64,000 nucleotides of DNA. Origin: Dimorphilus gyrociliatus. Lineage: Eukaryota; Animalia; Annelida. This document shows, piece after piece, positions 1 to 10,389 of the stretch. A model generated the notes under the pieces. It searched no databases. It saw nothing but the letters and a program-made list of their open reading frames with translations, and had not been told where the DNA came from. The stretch spans positions 1,332,510-1,396,509 of the forward strand of contig CAJFCJ010000007.1 of the NCBI GenBank assembly GCA_904063045.1. Reading direction: 5' to 3'. The position numbers were made by a program, and so were the translations under genes. Each line of letters starts with the position of its first letter. Position 1 is the stretch's first letter.

Positions 1-2207
1 TTTTCCTTGGAGGAGGAAAGAAGAAATTAATTTTAAAAATATATTTTTAATATATGCATAATTACTAAGGGTTTTTAATTTTTGGCGGGGATATTTTGAT
101 TTTAAAAAATTTGTACTTACAATTGAATTCTTTGTTTATTAATAAGCTTTCTAATAATATAATATTCTATCGCCATTTTATTTCGTGGCTTAGAACCAAC
201 TAATAATCGCTTAACAGAGTACGTGTAACAACCAAATACGAAAGGATTAATACTAGTCACGTGATATCTTTTTTTTTTTAGTACATACATATTAATATAT
301 ATACCCATATATTATAAAAATCAAGCTACGAATGCATATAGTCAATGTCTGAGTGAGAGAAAAGTAACGGGTAAGAATATTTGCATGTTTCCAGTGTATG
401 GAATATTGAATGATTGACGAGAAAAGAGAGGAATATAAGATAAATATTAATATTATCACAATGGTTCTAATTGTACAATTAACAATAAATTTAAAAAAAA
501 AAAACGACATACAAATTAAAAAAGTTTATATTTTTGTTTACAAAAAACTAGGTCATTCAACTTACTGTAGATTAAAAAAAAATATATCTAAAAAACTTAT
601 TACATTCTTTCAAATATCTAATTAACTAACTGATTAATTAATTAGTCTATTAGTTAGTTGTGTGTGTGTGTTTTTTTTTCTTTTTAATTATTATCAACAG
701 TTCGTCTATTTTCTTTCTATTAGTTAAGAAAGTACTGTATATTATTTATTCACTTTGAAAAGAAAATGACTTGTTAAATATCATTAAATTTAATGATGAA
801 AAGAAATAAAAAGTAGTGAAAAATATTCATCGAAAGTTTACTTAAGTAAAAAACCTCTGTTACATGCGGTAGCATACATAGTATCAGTTTATTAATGTTA
901 ATTATTGACCTATATCTTGAATTAAATACATTAAATTTAATATTATTATCATAATTGATTTAATATGCATTGATAAAAAAATAATAAAGGAGGAAAGCAA
1001 ATATATACAGAATACAAATATGCTGTTTATACATTGTATACTATAGATAAATGGTAAATATATATATATATATAAATTTATACTGTACATATTATAGAAA
1101 ATAATTATTAATAATTAAGCCTATATTTCCAATAGGAAAGAAGAATTTTGTAAATATATTACAGTTATTTTTTTTATATACAAATATTATAATAAATTAA
1201 ATTTTTTCTTTTTTTTATAATAAGAAAAAAACAGTAAATAGAAATCAATTTGTAACAGCTGTTACTCTCCAAACTAGCTTCCTTGACTAATTATTAATAA
1301 CTTACTTTATCAATTTGTTTCATATGATTTGTTAAAGATACTAGAAATGATACAATTGGTATTTCAGGTTATTGTTTTATTTGTTTTACACTTTTTTTGT
1401 ATCAGAAAATCTTTCTTCTCACTTAAATTATCAAGTTTTAGAGACATTTTTTTATATATTTAAGAATTATTGATGTCATGTGTTATATTTTGTGTTTTCA
1501 TTAAAAATAATCTCTTCCTGTATTCTTAAAAAACATTTGTATTTAATTTTATATTTAGGTCAACAGAATGTTATATATTTTAGTACAGTTGGCCTTAGAA
1601 CAAAGATCGGTTTACTACATCAATTTTAGAGAGGAAAAAAATGGAAAGTTTAAAAAACTATTCCATTAGTTTCTAAACATGATAATAGTTTATTAAATAC
1701 TATTAATAAACATACTATATATCTATATACTGTATATAACAAAAAAGAAACAATCTCTATTCAGGTACGTATTAAAACTTATTGGAAAATATATTCAATT
1801 TTTTAGTTTTTAATTCTATAAATACAGAGAGTACTGCGTATTGTACAGTAGTATACTGTATAGAGTTTTTTATTGTATTGTTATTATATTTTTTATATCT
1901 AGTGTATTGTAAAAATTTATGTCATATCAGTATATACAATATATACAGTTTATAAATATAGTAAATATATATATATATAATATAGGCCGTATTTTGTTTA
2001 TGTACAGTAGGCTAATGTTTTTAAATAAACTGTTTTATTCATAATTATTATTATTATTATTATTATTGTTAAAGTTTAGAATTGAAAGAGGAATTTGAAT
2101 CTGGTAAAAATATATTTTATTCTCTCTTCTCCTTCTGTTCCTACTCTTCTCTCTCTCACTATTGCTTCGTCGTAAAGAAACGTAATGATGCGGTCAACGG
2201 TATAATT

Positions 2208-3470
2208 ATGGTTCGATATTCGGAAATCAATGACCTAAGGAGCAAGTTAAATCATTTTGTAATAAATACTTTATCTAATAGTAGTTTGACGGAGAGTGAA
2301 AAGAATAACAAATCCTGGGATCACCTTTTAAACTTTCTTAACGAATCTATTCAATTGGACTATTGGGAATATTTTGATATCCTTATTAATCATAATATGC
2401 TCTCTTATCTAAAGCAAATCTGTACTATGATACTCAAAAGTAAATTGCATAACAAGATGGATCTAATCAGAAAAATTTTATCAGTTCGAGGAAGATTAAC
2501 GAAGGGTAAAACCCTAATTCAACGGCTAATGAGGAGAATGTATCCAGGTTTAAATGATATTGAAAAGATAACCATACTAGTCGATATTGCGGAAGAATTG
2601 AAAAAAGATAAGAATTATTTAAATTTATCAACGGAAATATGGAATAATTTAAAAGAATGGTATAATTTTACTATTCATCACGCCTGGTATACGATATTAT
2701 TCAATTATCAATTTTTGGATATACTATTATATCATTTTACTGATATTTATGAAAATTTCTTTAAGAATATTTTAAACTACGCTGCATCAATACCATTCTT
2801 ACCTGAACCGCAAAGTTTACAAATCATATTTAATCATCCAACATTTAAGAATAATCAGAGTTGCCGCAATTTTATATTTGAATTCATATTTCATTTGAAT
2901 ATCTTTTATACGGCGGCAAATTTTACCTCTTGCCGTCAGGAAAAGCTAATTAACCTATTCAATATTGTACTTAATAACAGCGAAGAATTGAGTGGAATAT
3001 CTCAAAACCTTATTAATAATGCCTATCTATCGATGATTAGTCATTTAACAAGTATATCGAGTATTCTTTTGTATAGGAATTGCCATCAGTACAGTCGTTG
3101 TCATCCCGATAGTACAGACTTAAATCATGGTCAATTTATTGCGTCTCTTACTTATCATGGCTATACATTTGATTCTTTGAACATTCCAGATTCTTTTTAT
3201 AAACTTATCGATAAAAATGAATACTGTTATCGAATTTTTAATAGTCTATTAACTAATTCGGACGTCAGGCATTATCATCTTTTCACATTGAAAGCATTTG
3301 GCTATGGAACTATTGCATCTTTAAAATCTATAACTAGATATCAACTAAGAAAATCTTTAAAGCAACCATTTCAAGCTAATCTTGATAAATTTCTAAAAGA
3401 AAACAATTTACCCCATTCTATTCGAATTTTTTTAAAAATGGACGACGAAATTGACTTTAAAAGACTATAG
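2208..3470 (+). CDS. BC-box (SOCS/VHL-box-like) helical-repeat protein, paralogue 1 (420 aa, one large coding exon)
   Basis: First ATG of the 2082..3470 ORF is at 2208 (track start is TTG). C-terminus SLKSITRYQL...PFQANL...LPHSIRIFL fits a BC-box plus cullin-box layout. Shares ILKSKLHNK, IIFNHPTF and LTYHGYTF motifs with the neighbouring ORFs. Confidence 0.8.
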   Translation: MVRYSEINDLRSKLNHFVINTLSNSSLTESEKNNKSWDHLLNFLNESIQLDYWEYFDILINHNMLSYLKQICTMILKSKLHNKMDLIRKILSVRGRLTKGKTLIQRLMRRMYPGLNDIEKITILVDIAEELKKDKNYLNLSTEIWNNLKEWYNFTIHHAWYTILFNYQFLDILLYHFTDIYENFFKNILNYAASIPFLPEPQSLQIIFNHPTFKNNQSCRNFIFEFIFHLNIFYTAANFTSCRQEKLINLFNIVLNNSEELSGISQNLINNAYLSMISHLTSISSILLYRNCHQYSRCHPDSTDLNHGQFIASLTYHGYTFDSLNIPDSFYKLIDKNEYCYRIFNSLLTNSDVRHYHLFTLKAFGYGTIASLKSITRYQLRKSLKQPFQANLDKFLKENNLPHSIRIFLKMDDEIDFKRL

Positions 3471-3851
3471 GAAATATTTTTAAACATTTGTGCTAATTGT
3501 TTTTTTGGTTCTTATTTTTTTCTCTTCGTTTTTTTAATACAAAACCTCTTTAATTTATTATTATTATTATTATTTAATTTTTTTTTAAAAAAAAAAAATC
3601 GTTAATGTGTCTAAAAAAATTTGTGTTGGGTTTAAATAGTCCGTTAGTGAGTTGACACTACTCTCAATTGACTAACGATTGTTTTACATCTTTAGACACG
3701 TTGGCTCCTTCTTCAATGTTAACAATTTTGTATAAATATAGATTTGTTGATTAAAAGTTGTAAGTAACAATTAGTTATTAATTAATTAGAAAAAAGAATA
3801 AGGTGAAGAAGTGTGCAATATAACGTGTACTTTTTTTTTATAGATAGAATT

Positions 3852-5414
3852 ATGAACGAAATACTAGAATATATTAGATTGGAGGATATTGAATCACTTC
3901 GCAAGTGTTTAATTAGGGAAAAGGATAAAATACCTGATATAATTTTTATAAGATGCTTAAATACGGCGTTAAGTACTAAGAAATACGATACTTTTAAATC
4001 GTTATGCGTAGCCTACATCTGTAGGATTGTTGATATGGTACCGTATAATAACGAAGATGTATATACTGATGAAAGCTTTCCTCAAATTACCGGAGAAGAT
4101 ATTAAAAAACGTTTGAAATTATGGTTTAAACTCGTTAAAAGTAAAGTTAAGAAACAAATTGGATCAACCAATCAGGGAACGATTGAATCGAATATGATAA
4201 TATTTGATAATTTAAACGATACGATTGAATTATGTTTTGCTGATTTTTCGCCAATTAATATTTTACTATTAAAGAATGCAATTGAGGAAAATGATCGATT
4301 CAATTTCGATATTATAACAAATAGTAGAGACGTTTCAAAAACGATTTACTCGTTAAGCCTTGTGATTAAAAGTAATTTTGAAGATAGATATAAAATAGTT
4401 GTAAAAATGATAAGAAATGCTCCATTAACACTAAGTGTTGTTAGCGATATCTTAGCAATCGAGAAGCCATTTAGCGAATTATTCGATTTTCTAAAAGAAT
4501 ACGATCAGACAAAGAACTATTCGAATATCTTATGTAATAATTGTTTAAGAAATCCTCATAAAGAAATCTACGAAGCGGCAATTAAAAGTAAAATATTACC
4601 GTTTATAGAATATAACGCATGCTATTCGTTACTTGGAGATTGCGTATTCTTCGAGGATCTTTTAAAGGATTTCTCCGATATCTATGAATCATTATTCAAA
4701 AATATATATTGTTATAGAGAAGAGTTAATATTTTTACCAAGATCTCATACTTTAATTACAATTGCATGTCTTCGTAAAAGATTCAAGTATGAAAGAAATT
4801 TCTTCAAGTTAATATTCAATCTATTATTTGACGTTAATCAATTGAATCTCTCTGTAGACGTTCTTAGATTTGGTAAAAATTTTCAAGAGTTATTATATAT
4901 TATATTAGTTGTTAATGAATATTCATCGGTAATTAATCAAGATGATATTGATATTGCTTATAAATTTATATTTGGTAATGTTAAACGTTTAAGTAATTAT
5001 TGCTTTTATACAATTAACGAAATACTTGCAACGTTAATATGGTTTGGTCATAGAATTTATAAGATTGAATTGGATGATGAATCAATTGAATTAATGAAAA
5101 ATACTAAATATATGAATCATTTTTTAAATATTCTCCTTAAATTATCCAATCAGAAAGTGTATAATAAGTACTTTTTTAAAATTTATCGTAAATCTTATAT
5201 TCTATCCTTACAAGATTTAACAATGATTACAATTAAACATCAAATAAATAAGCCATTTAGATATAATCTACAACATCTTATTCAATCTTCCTATCTACCA
5301 CCATATTTCTATAATTTGTTAAGTCTTGAATGTCAATTTGAATGGATTCAATCAGTTAAGACAAAAATTTTCAAATTCTTTAAAAACTATCCCCACTTTA
5401 ATCTTCCATTCTGA
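3852..5414 (+). CDS. BC-box helical-repeat protein, paralogue 2
   Basis: ATG at 3852 follows a poly-T/AG acceptor ending at 3843. Ankyrin-like helix pairs (LNTALSTKKYDTFKSLC, LKNAIEENDRFNFDII), motif IKSNFEDR, C-terminal SLQDLTMITI...PFRYNL...LPPYFYNLL. Confidence 0.8.
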   Translation: MNEILEYIRLEDIESLRKCLIREKDKIPDIIFIRCLNTALSTKKYDTFKSLCVAYICRIVDMVPYNNEDVYTDESFPQITGEDIKKRLKLWFKLVKSKVKKQIGSTNQGTIESNMIIFDNLNDTIELCFADFSPINILLLKNAIEENDRFNFDIITNSRDVSKTIYSLSLVIKSNFEDRYKIVVKMIRNAPLTLSVVSDILAIEKPFSELFDFLKEYDQTKNYSNILCNNCLRNPHKEIYEAAIKSKILPFIEYNACYSLLGDCVFFEDLLKDFSDIYESLFKNIYCYREELIFLPRSHTLITIACLRKRFKYERNFFKLIFNLLFDVNQLNLSVDVLRFGKNFQELLYIILVVNEYSSVINQDDIDIAYKFIFGNVKRLSNYCFYTINEILATLIWFGHRIYKIELDDESIELMKNTKYMNHFLNILLKLSNQKVYNKYFFKIYRKSYILSLQDLTMITIKHQINKPFRYNLQHLIQSSYLPPYFYNLLSLECQFEWIQSVKTKIFKFFKNYPHFNLPF

Positions 5415-5939
5415 TTATTAAAAAGAAAAATCAATTAACAACAATAACAAACAAACAAACAAACAAATGAACACAAGTTGACAAACAAGAAAAGAAGATT
5501 TATTAATATTTTTTTGTTTATTCGTCTATTCCTTTTTTTAATTGATAATTAATAATAAATATTAATTAGATCATGAGTATCTTTATATGATACTGCATGT
5601 ATATTATATAATTAGCCTGAGTAGTAATAAACTAAAGAAATATGAGTGACTGTCAATAAAATTTGGTTTACTATTGTCAGCTTGAAACAATTTACCTTTT
5701 CTACAATTCGAAAAAGCAGGGAAGAGAGAGACATTTAATTTATTCTTCAAAAGGAATTATGCAACATCTACAACTAATCTATCGTAAAATAAAACTATTT
5801 TTCAATACTCCAATAGAGAAAATTGTTGCGGAGAAGGTACGAAAATAGTTCATTTACATTTCTTTTACCGTTTTATTATATATTATAATATATATTTATA
5901 TAAGTATAGGATGAATTCAAACCTGGTCCAATTGATGTT

Positions 5940-7487
5940 ATGAATGAAGATTATCCCTTAAATGACGCTCAGAAAGATGCTTTTAACAAGCTAAAGGCAA
6001 TTATCATGGAAGGAGATGATAACGCATTTAAACTAGCATTATTGAATAACGATCACGTTGATTATCATGTAATTGTAAAATGTATTCATACGTGTATTAG
6101 ATACGAAAAGGACGATACCCTTAAAAATTTGCTTACTAATTATATCCTTGATTTTTACGATATAACAAATCCTGAAGGGAAGAAACTATTGAATGCTCTA
6201 TATGATAAAACGGCAATATGTCTTATTGAAATGGATAAAGCATGCTTATTTAAATTTATACTTCAAAAACAAATTCATTATCTTCATTCAAATCGTGAAA
6301 TACCAATTTTCGATGACCTTTTATTTACAATACTTGAACTTGGAAGGGAAGAATGTCTAGAGATTCTTCTAGACAGTTCAGTTTTAAGAGATCACGAATC
6401 GGCTTTTGCTCAAGTTCTCAATAGTAAATTAAAGAATAAAAAGACAATATTTTTAAGGATGCTATCCCGAATTGTAAACGATGAATATTTAAATCTTGCA
6501 ATTATCAGAAATTGCCTCATACAAAAGGTTTATTTGGAAGATTTAAAAGAAGTTGTAACATTTATGGAACTATCGAATGAAGCTAGGAATATATTGTGTA
6601 GATATTCGTTAGTTAGTCATAATTTTTCATTCCTTAATTACGGATTGGAGAGTGGATTGTTCAAGCTGACAAAGGAGCACGTTCAATTTTCCATTGAATT
6701 TTCATTTTTGAAAGAAATATTAAATAGTCACGAAGAATTCTTTGAACGCCATATATGGCCATTTTTATTATGCCATTTAAAATCGGATCTATTGGATTGT
6801 CCATCTCAACTAATAGCAATTTTCAATCATAAAAAATTCAAAGATTGTCAATATTTTAGAAATACGACATTCCAATTGTTATTTCAAAATGGAAGACTTC
6901 CAGGATTTTATAGAAGGGAACGAAAACAATTTTGGAATTGGGTTTCATCATTTTGTGTACTAATCCATTATAGTGAAAATTACGGGGGATTATCTCAATA
7001 CGCTATAAATGATATGTTTGCATTTATATTTAATTATAAACCTGTAGGAAATTCTTTAGTAACCTTCTATGCAAGTTTAGTATCTTGTGTTTTGTGGTAC
7101 GGTTACTTGTTTACCGATATTAACGTATCGGTATTTTTCTATTGCCAGGTAAAATCGAATAATATCTATTCACGTTTAATATCCCTATTAATGGAAGCTA
7201 GTGGACAAAGGCACTTTAATCGTTTTACTAGAAAGAGAGATGGAGTAAATAGTATCATGCCATTAACTAATATGGCTAAATGGTCGATTAGACATAATCT
7301 TAAGAGACCGTTTCATTCGAATTTAAAGCAACTATTAAAGGGTCTACCACAAATTATGGAAAATATTATAAGTTTAAAAACGTCAATCGAAAATTTAGAT
7401 ATACCCTGGATGAGTTTTGCAATTGTTGATGATTGCGTAACAATTAATAAAGAAGGAATGAAATGTTCACAGATATTTTGTATTTAA
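5940..7487 (+). CDS. BC-box helical-repeat protein, paralogue 3 (possible in-frame upstream exon ending at 5836, acceptor 5909)
   Basis: 515-aa ORF with LNSKLKNK, WVSSFCVLIHYSENYGGLSQ, VLWYGYLF and C-terminal PLTNMAKWSI...PFHSNL...LPQIMENII. Confidence 0.82.
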   Translation: MNEDYPLNDAQKDAFNKLKAIIMEGDDNAFKLALLNNDHVDYHVIVKCIHTCIRYEKDDTLKNLLTNYILDFYDITNPEGKKLLNALYDKTAICLIEMDKACLFKFILQKQIHYLHSNREIPIFDDLLFTILELGREECLEILLDSSVLRDHESAFAQVLNSKLKNKKTIFLRMLSRIVNDEYLNLAIIRNCLIQKVYLEDLKEVVTFMELSNEARNILCRYSLVSHNFSFLNYGLESGLFKLTKEHVQFSIEFSFLKEILNSHEEFFERHIWPFLLCHLKSDLLDCPSQLIAIFNHKKFKDCQYFRNTTFQLLFQNGRLPGFYRRERKQFWNWVSSFCVLIHYSENYGGLSQYAINDMFAFIFNYKPVGNSLVTFYASLVSCVLWYGYLFTDINVSVFFYCQVKSNNIYSRLISLLMEASGQRHFNRFTRKRDGVNSIMPLTNMAKWSIRHNLKRPFHSNLKQLLKGLPQIMENIISLKTSIENLDIPWMSFAIVDDCVTINKEGMKCSQIFCI

Positions 7488-7783
7488 AACAAAAAGAAAG
7501 GAAGAAAAGAAAAGTTTTGGTTTTAAATATTTTTTTTTCAATAAATTAAGCATAGTTTCGGAATTTGGTAGTCAAATTTCATAGACTAACTTAGCAGCTG
7601 CGGGTAAAATAAGTCAGATGTCGCTACTAAACAATTTATATTTTCTGCGAAACTAACCTGCTTTTTTCCATATCCTTTTTTATTTACTTCTAAGTTTTAT
7701 CATATAAAATTTAACCAATTGCACAGTTTTCTATGTATAGTTAGGCTAGGAATAGGAAATAGTTACATATTGATTTATGATAT

Positions 7784-9370
7784 ATGACGGAGAAAGAGAA
7801 AATCGCTTTGGATTTGTTACAAGCAATTAGAGAAGAAGATATAAGATGTTTGCACGGAAGATTAGTTGCCTATTGTTCGGAGATCGACGGTGATCTACTA
7901 GAAAAATGTCTATATGAAGCATTGAGGCTTAATAAAGACGAATTTTTTATCTGTATAATAGTTCAATGGTTATGTAAATTGACTATTTATCAAGATTGGT
8001 TAATAGAGGAAAGTGTCTATGGCGAATACAGTCGTAAGGAACTAAGAGGATTTTACGATACTGTTGAGGGATGCTTACAAAATCACAATAACAAAGAACT
8101 TTTAGAATTTTGGAGAAAGTTAAAAACTATAAAAAAATGCGAAGATATATTTGGTTTGCTGTTTCAAAAAGTAATTCAGCAAGAGAATCGTGACTATTTC
8201 GACATATTTATGCGTTTAAAAATAATAAGAATGAACGAAGATACACCAGTTATGATATTAAAAAGTAAGTTTGATGATAAAATAAAAATCGCTAAATTAT
8301 TTTTTAAAAGTTACAATTGGAATGATGAAGATTCTTGGTTATATCTGATTTACGAAATAAATGATCCACCCAATTCTCAGAAACAACTTCGAATGCTAGC
8401 TAATTGTTTTGAAAAAAGGATAGATCTATACGATTTAAGAAAATTAATGGCTTGTCATAAAAAGACAACAAATCAATTTAGAAATTTTATCAAATTATTA
8501 TTGCCAAAACTAGATTTTGAATATTTTTTGGAGTTAATGAATCATAAAGTATTCGAATTTAACGAAACAGTTGCTTTGGCATCCCTCGAGTGTCAATGTA
8601 CATTTTTAAAGGAATTATTAAAACATTATGGTTCACTTTATCTTGAAGTAATAGAGAATATAAACCATGGATTATTCGGTACTAAACCAGAACCACTTTC
8701 ATACAATTTATATACAATATTTAAAGAAACTTTTAAAAGTCAGATGCATAAGAATATAGTTTTTGATTATTTCGTTACAAATATTATACCTTGTTATCAA
8801 AATGAACAAGAGCTTTCTTCAGGACCCGATTGCTGGTATTCTCTCTTCGTTCTTATTAGATTTAGTCAAGATGGTGCAATATTTTCCGAATTGATACGGA
8901 ATTACGTATATCTCTTTTTAAAGAAAAAGGCTGAAGATAGACTAAATTATCCAGTTTCCGAATCGAAAAGGATTACTACGTTTATTGCAACAATGATATG
9001 GCACGCTTTCTCAACTGATTATTTCCTATTTTTACACGATGAGACTAACGAATGCTTTGATTTTTTGAAAGAGCAAAATTTTCCATTCGAAATATTAATG
9101 TTAGCCAGTGATCAATCCTACTTTAATAAATTAGTTAAAATTCGTAAAGAAGCACGTCTAATGTCATTAAAAGAGATGGCAAGATGGACTTTAAGAAGAA
9201 ATATAAGAAAACCATTTCATGATAATCTAATGAAAATGATAAATGACTTGAAATTACCATTTTTAGTTGAAAAAATGCTTAACTTGCGAGAAATTATGCA
9301 AATTCATGGACTTTGTTGGAAACAATTCCAAGTTTCAAATGGTGAATTTGTTGTCTATGTTAAAATATAA
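7784..9370 (+). CDS. BC-box helical-repeat protein, paralogue 4
   Basis: 528-aa ORF with LYEALRLNKDEFFICII, ILKSKFDDKI and C-terminal SLKEMARWTL...PFHDNL...LPFLVEKML. Confidence 0.82.
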   Translation: MTEKEKIALDLLQAIREEDIRCLHGRLVAYCSEIDGDLLEKCLYEALRLNKDEFFICIIVQWLCKLTIYQDWLIEESVYGEYSRKELRGFYDTVEGCLQNHNNKELLEFWRKLKTIKKCEDIFGLLFQKVIQQENRDYFDIFMRLKIIRMNEDTPVMILKSKFDDKIKIAKLFFKSYNWNDEDSWLYLIYEINDPPNSQKQLRMLANCFEKRIDLYDLRKLMACHKKTTNQFRNFIKLLLPKLDFEYFLELMNHKVFEFNETVALASLECQCTFLKELLKHYGSLYLEVIENINHGLFGTKPEPLSYNLYTIFKETFKSQMHKNIVFDYFVTNIIPCYQNEQELSSGPDCWYSLFVLIRFSQDGAIFSELIRNYVYLFLKKKAEDRLNYPVSESKRITTFIATMIWHAFSTDYFLFLHDETNECFDFLKEQNFPFEILMLASDQSYFNKLVKIRKEARLMSLKEMARWTLRRNIRKPFHDNLMKMINDLKLPFLVEKMLNLREIMQIHGLCWKQFQVSNGEFVVYVKI

Positions 9371-10389
9371 TGTACTTTTACATTATCTATACTTTCTATT
9401 TTTAGTTGGCGATTTCTCTTTTACCTTCTTCGTGACTATTTACATAGACGTTTCTCTCTCTCTCTCTTCAAATCTTTTATCTTTCGCCTCTACTCTCTGT
9501 TTTGATGGAAGAATAAATAAATTATTTGAACGACACCATATATACTTTTACCTATTCGTGACGAGAATAACAAGGTTTTTCATCTAGATAAAAGAAACAT
9601 TAGAGATCTCATAAATTCTATGATTATGTCGTGGAAGAAGAAGGTCAAAGTTAATTTTATTTTGTACAATGAAGCGCTATCGTTAACCTTTCTGGTAACA
9701 AATCTCATTAAATAAAGATTTACCGTTTTCAATTAGGTGAGCTGTGTCCAACATAAGATATACAAGTATCTTCTTTAAAGGTTAACTTTGATAGTATTAT
9801 AGGAATTAGCGCCGACTGTGCAAAGAGAAATATAATATAAATCTACTGCAATATAGTATGAATAATTGCAGTATTGATAAAAAAAACAACTCGAATAAGT
9901 CTTTTTCAGCTAGGTTATTATAAAACAGCATAACAAATTAGTTTTAATTATATATCTTGTTAAAGACAATTAGTGATTGTTAACGCCATTTATAAGAAGA
10001 TATTTTTAGTGATTTTAGCATCTATTAGAAAAGTAGAGATGGTTTTGCCAGTAATCTAAACAGTGATGCGTCTACAATTATTATACTTGTCACGATAGTA
10101 TCTCCTGCAGTTGCACCACTGGATAACTCCCTTTGCTTATCAAAAAATCTAAATGGATAAGAAAGGCATAAGGAGGAAGAGAGAGAGCGCGCGAGGAAGA
10201 GAAGTAGATTGATTGTGTAGATACGAAAAAAAAAATGGGTCAAAAAAATAAAATACTTCATTAACTATTTTTATTTTTAATTTAAAGTTTTATACAGACA
10301 AGAATAAACGTTAAACTAAAAAGAAAACAAGAAATAAAAAGGTTTTACTTAACATTTTGACATTATTTGATATATTAATAAACAATAAT

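Noticed and set aside
10025-10261. 78-aa minus-strand ORF between paralogues 4 and 5
   Set aside because: Built partly from GA/CT low-complexity sequence; no recognisable domain or consistent splice context.
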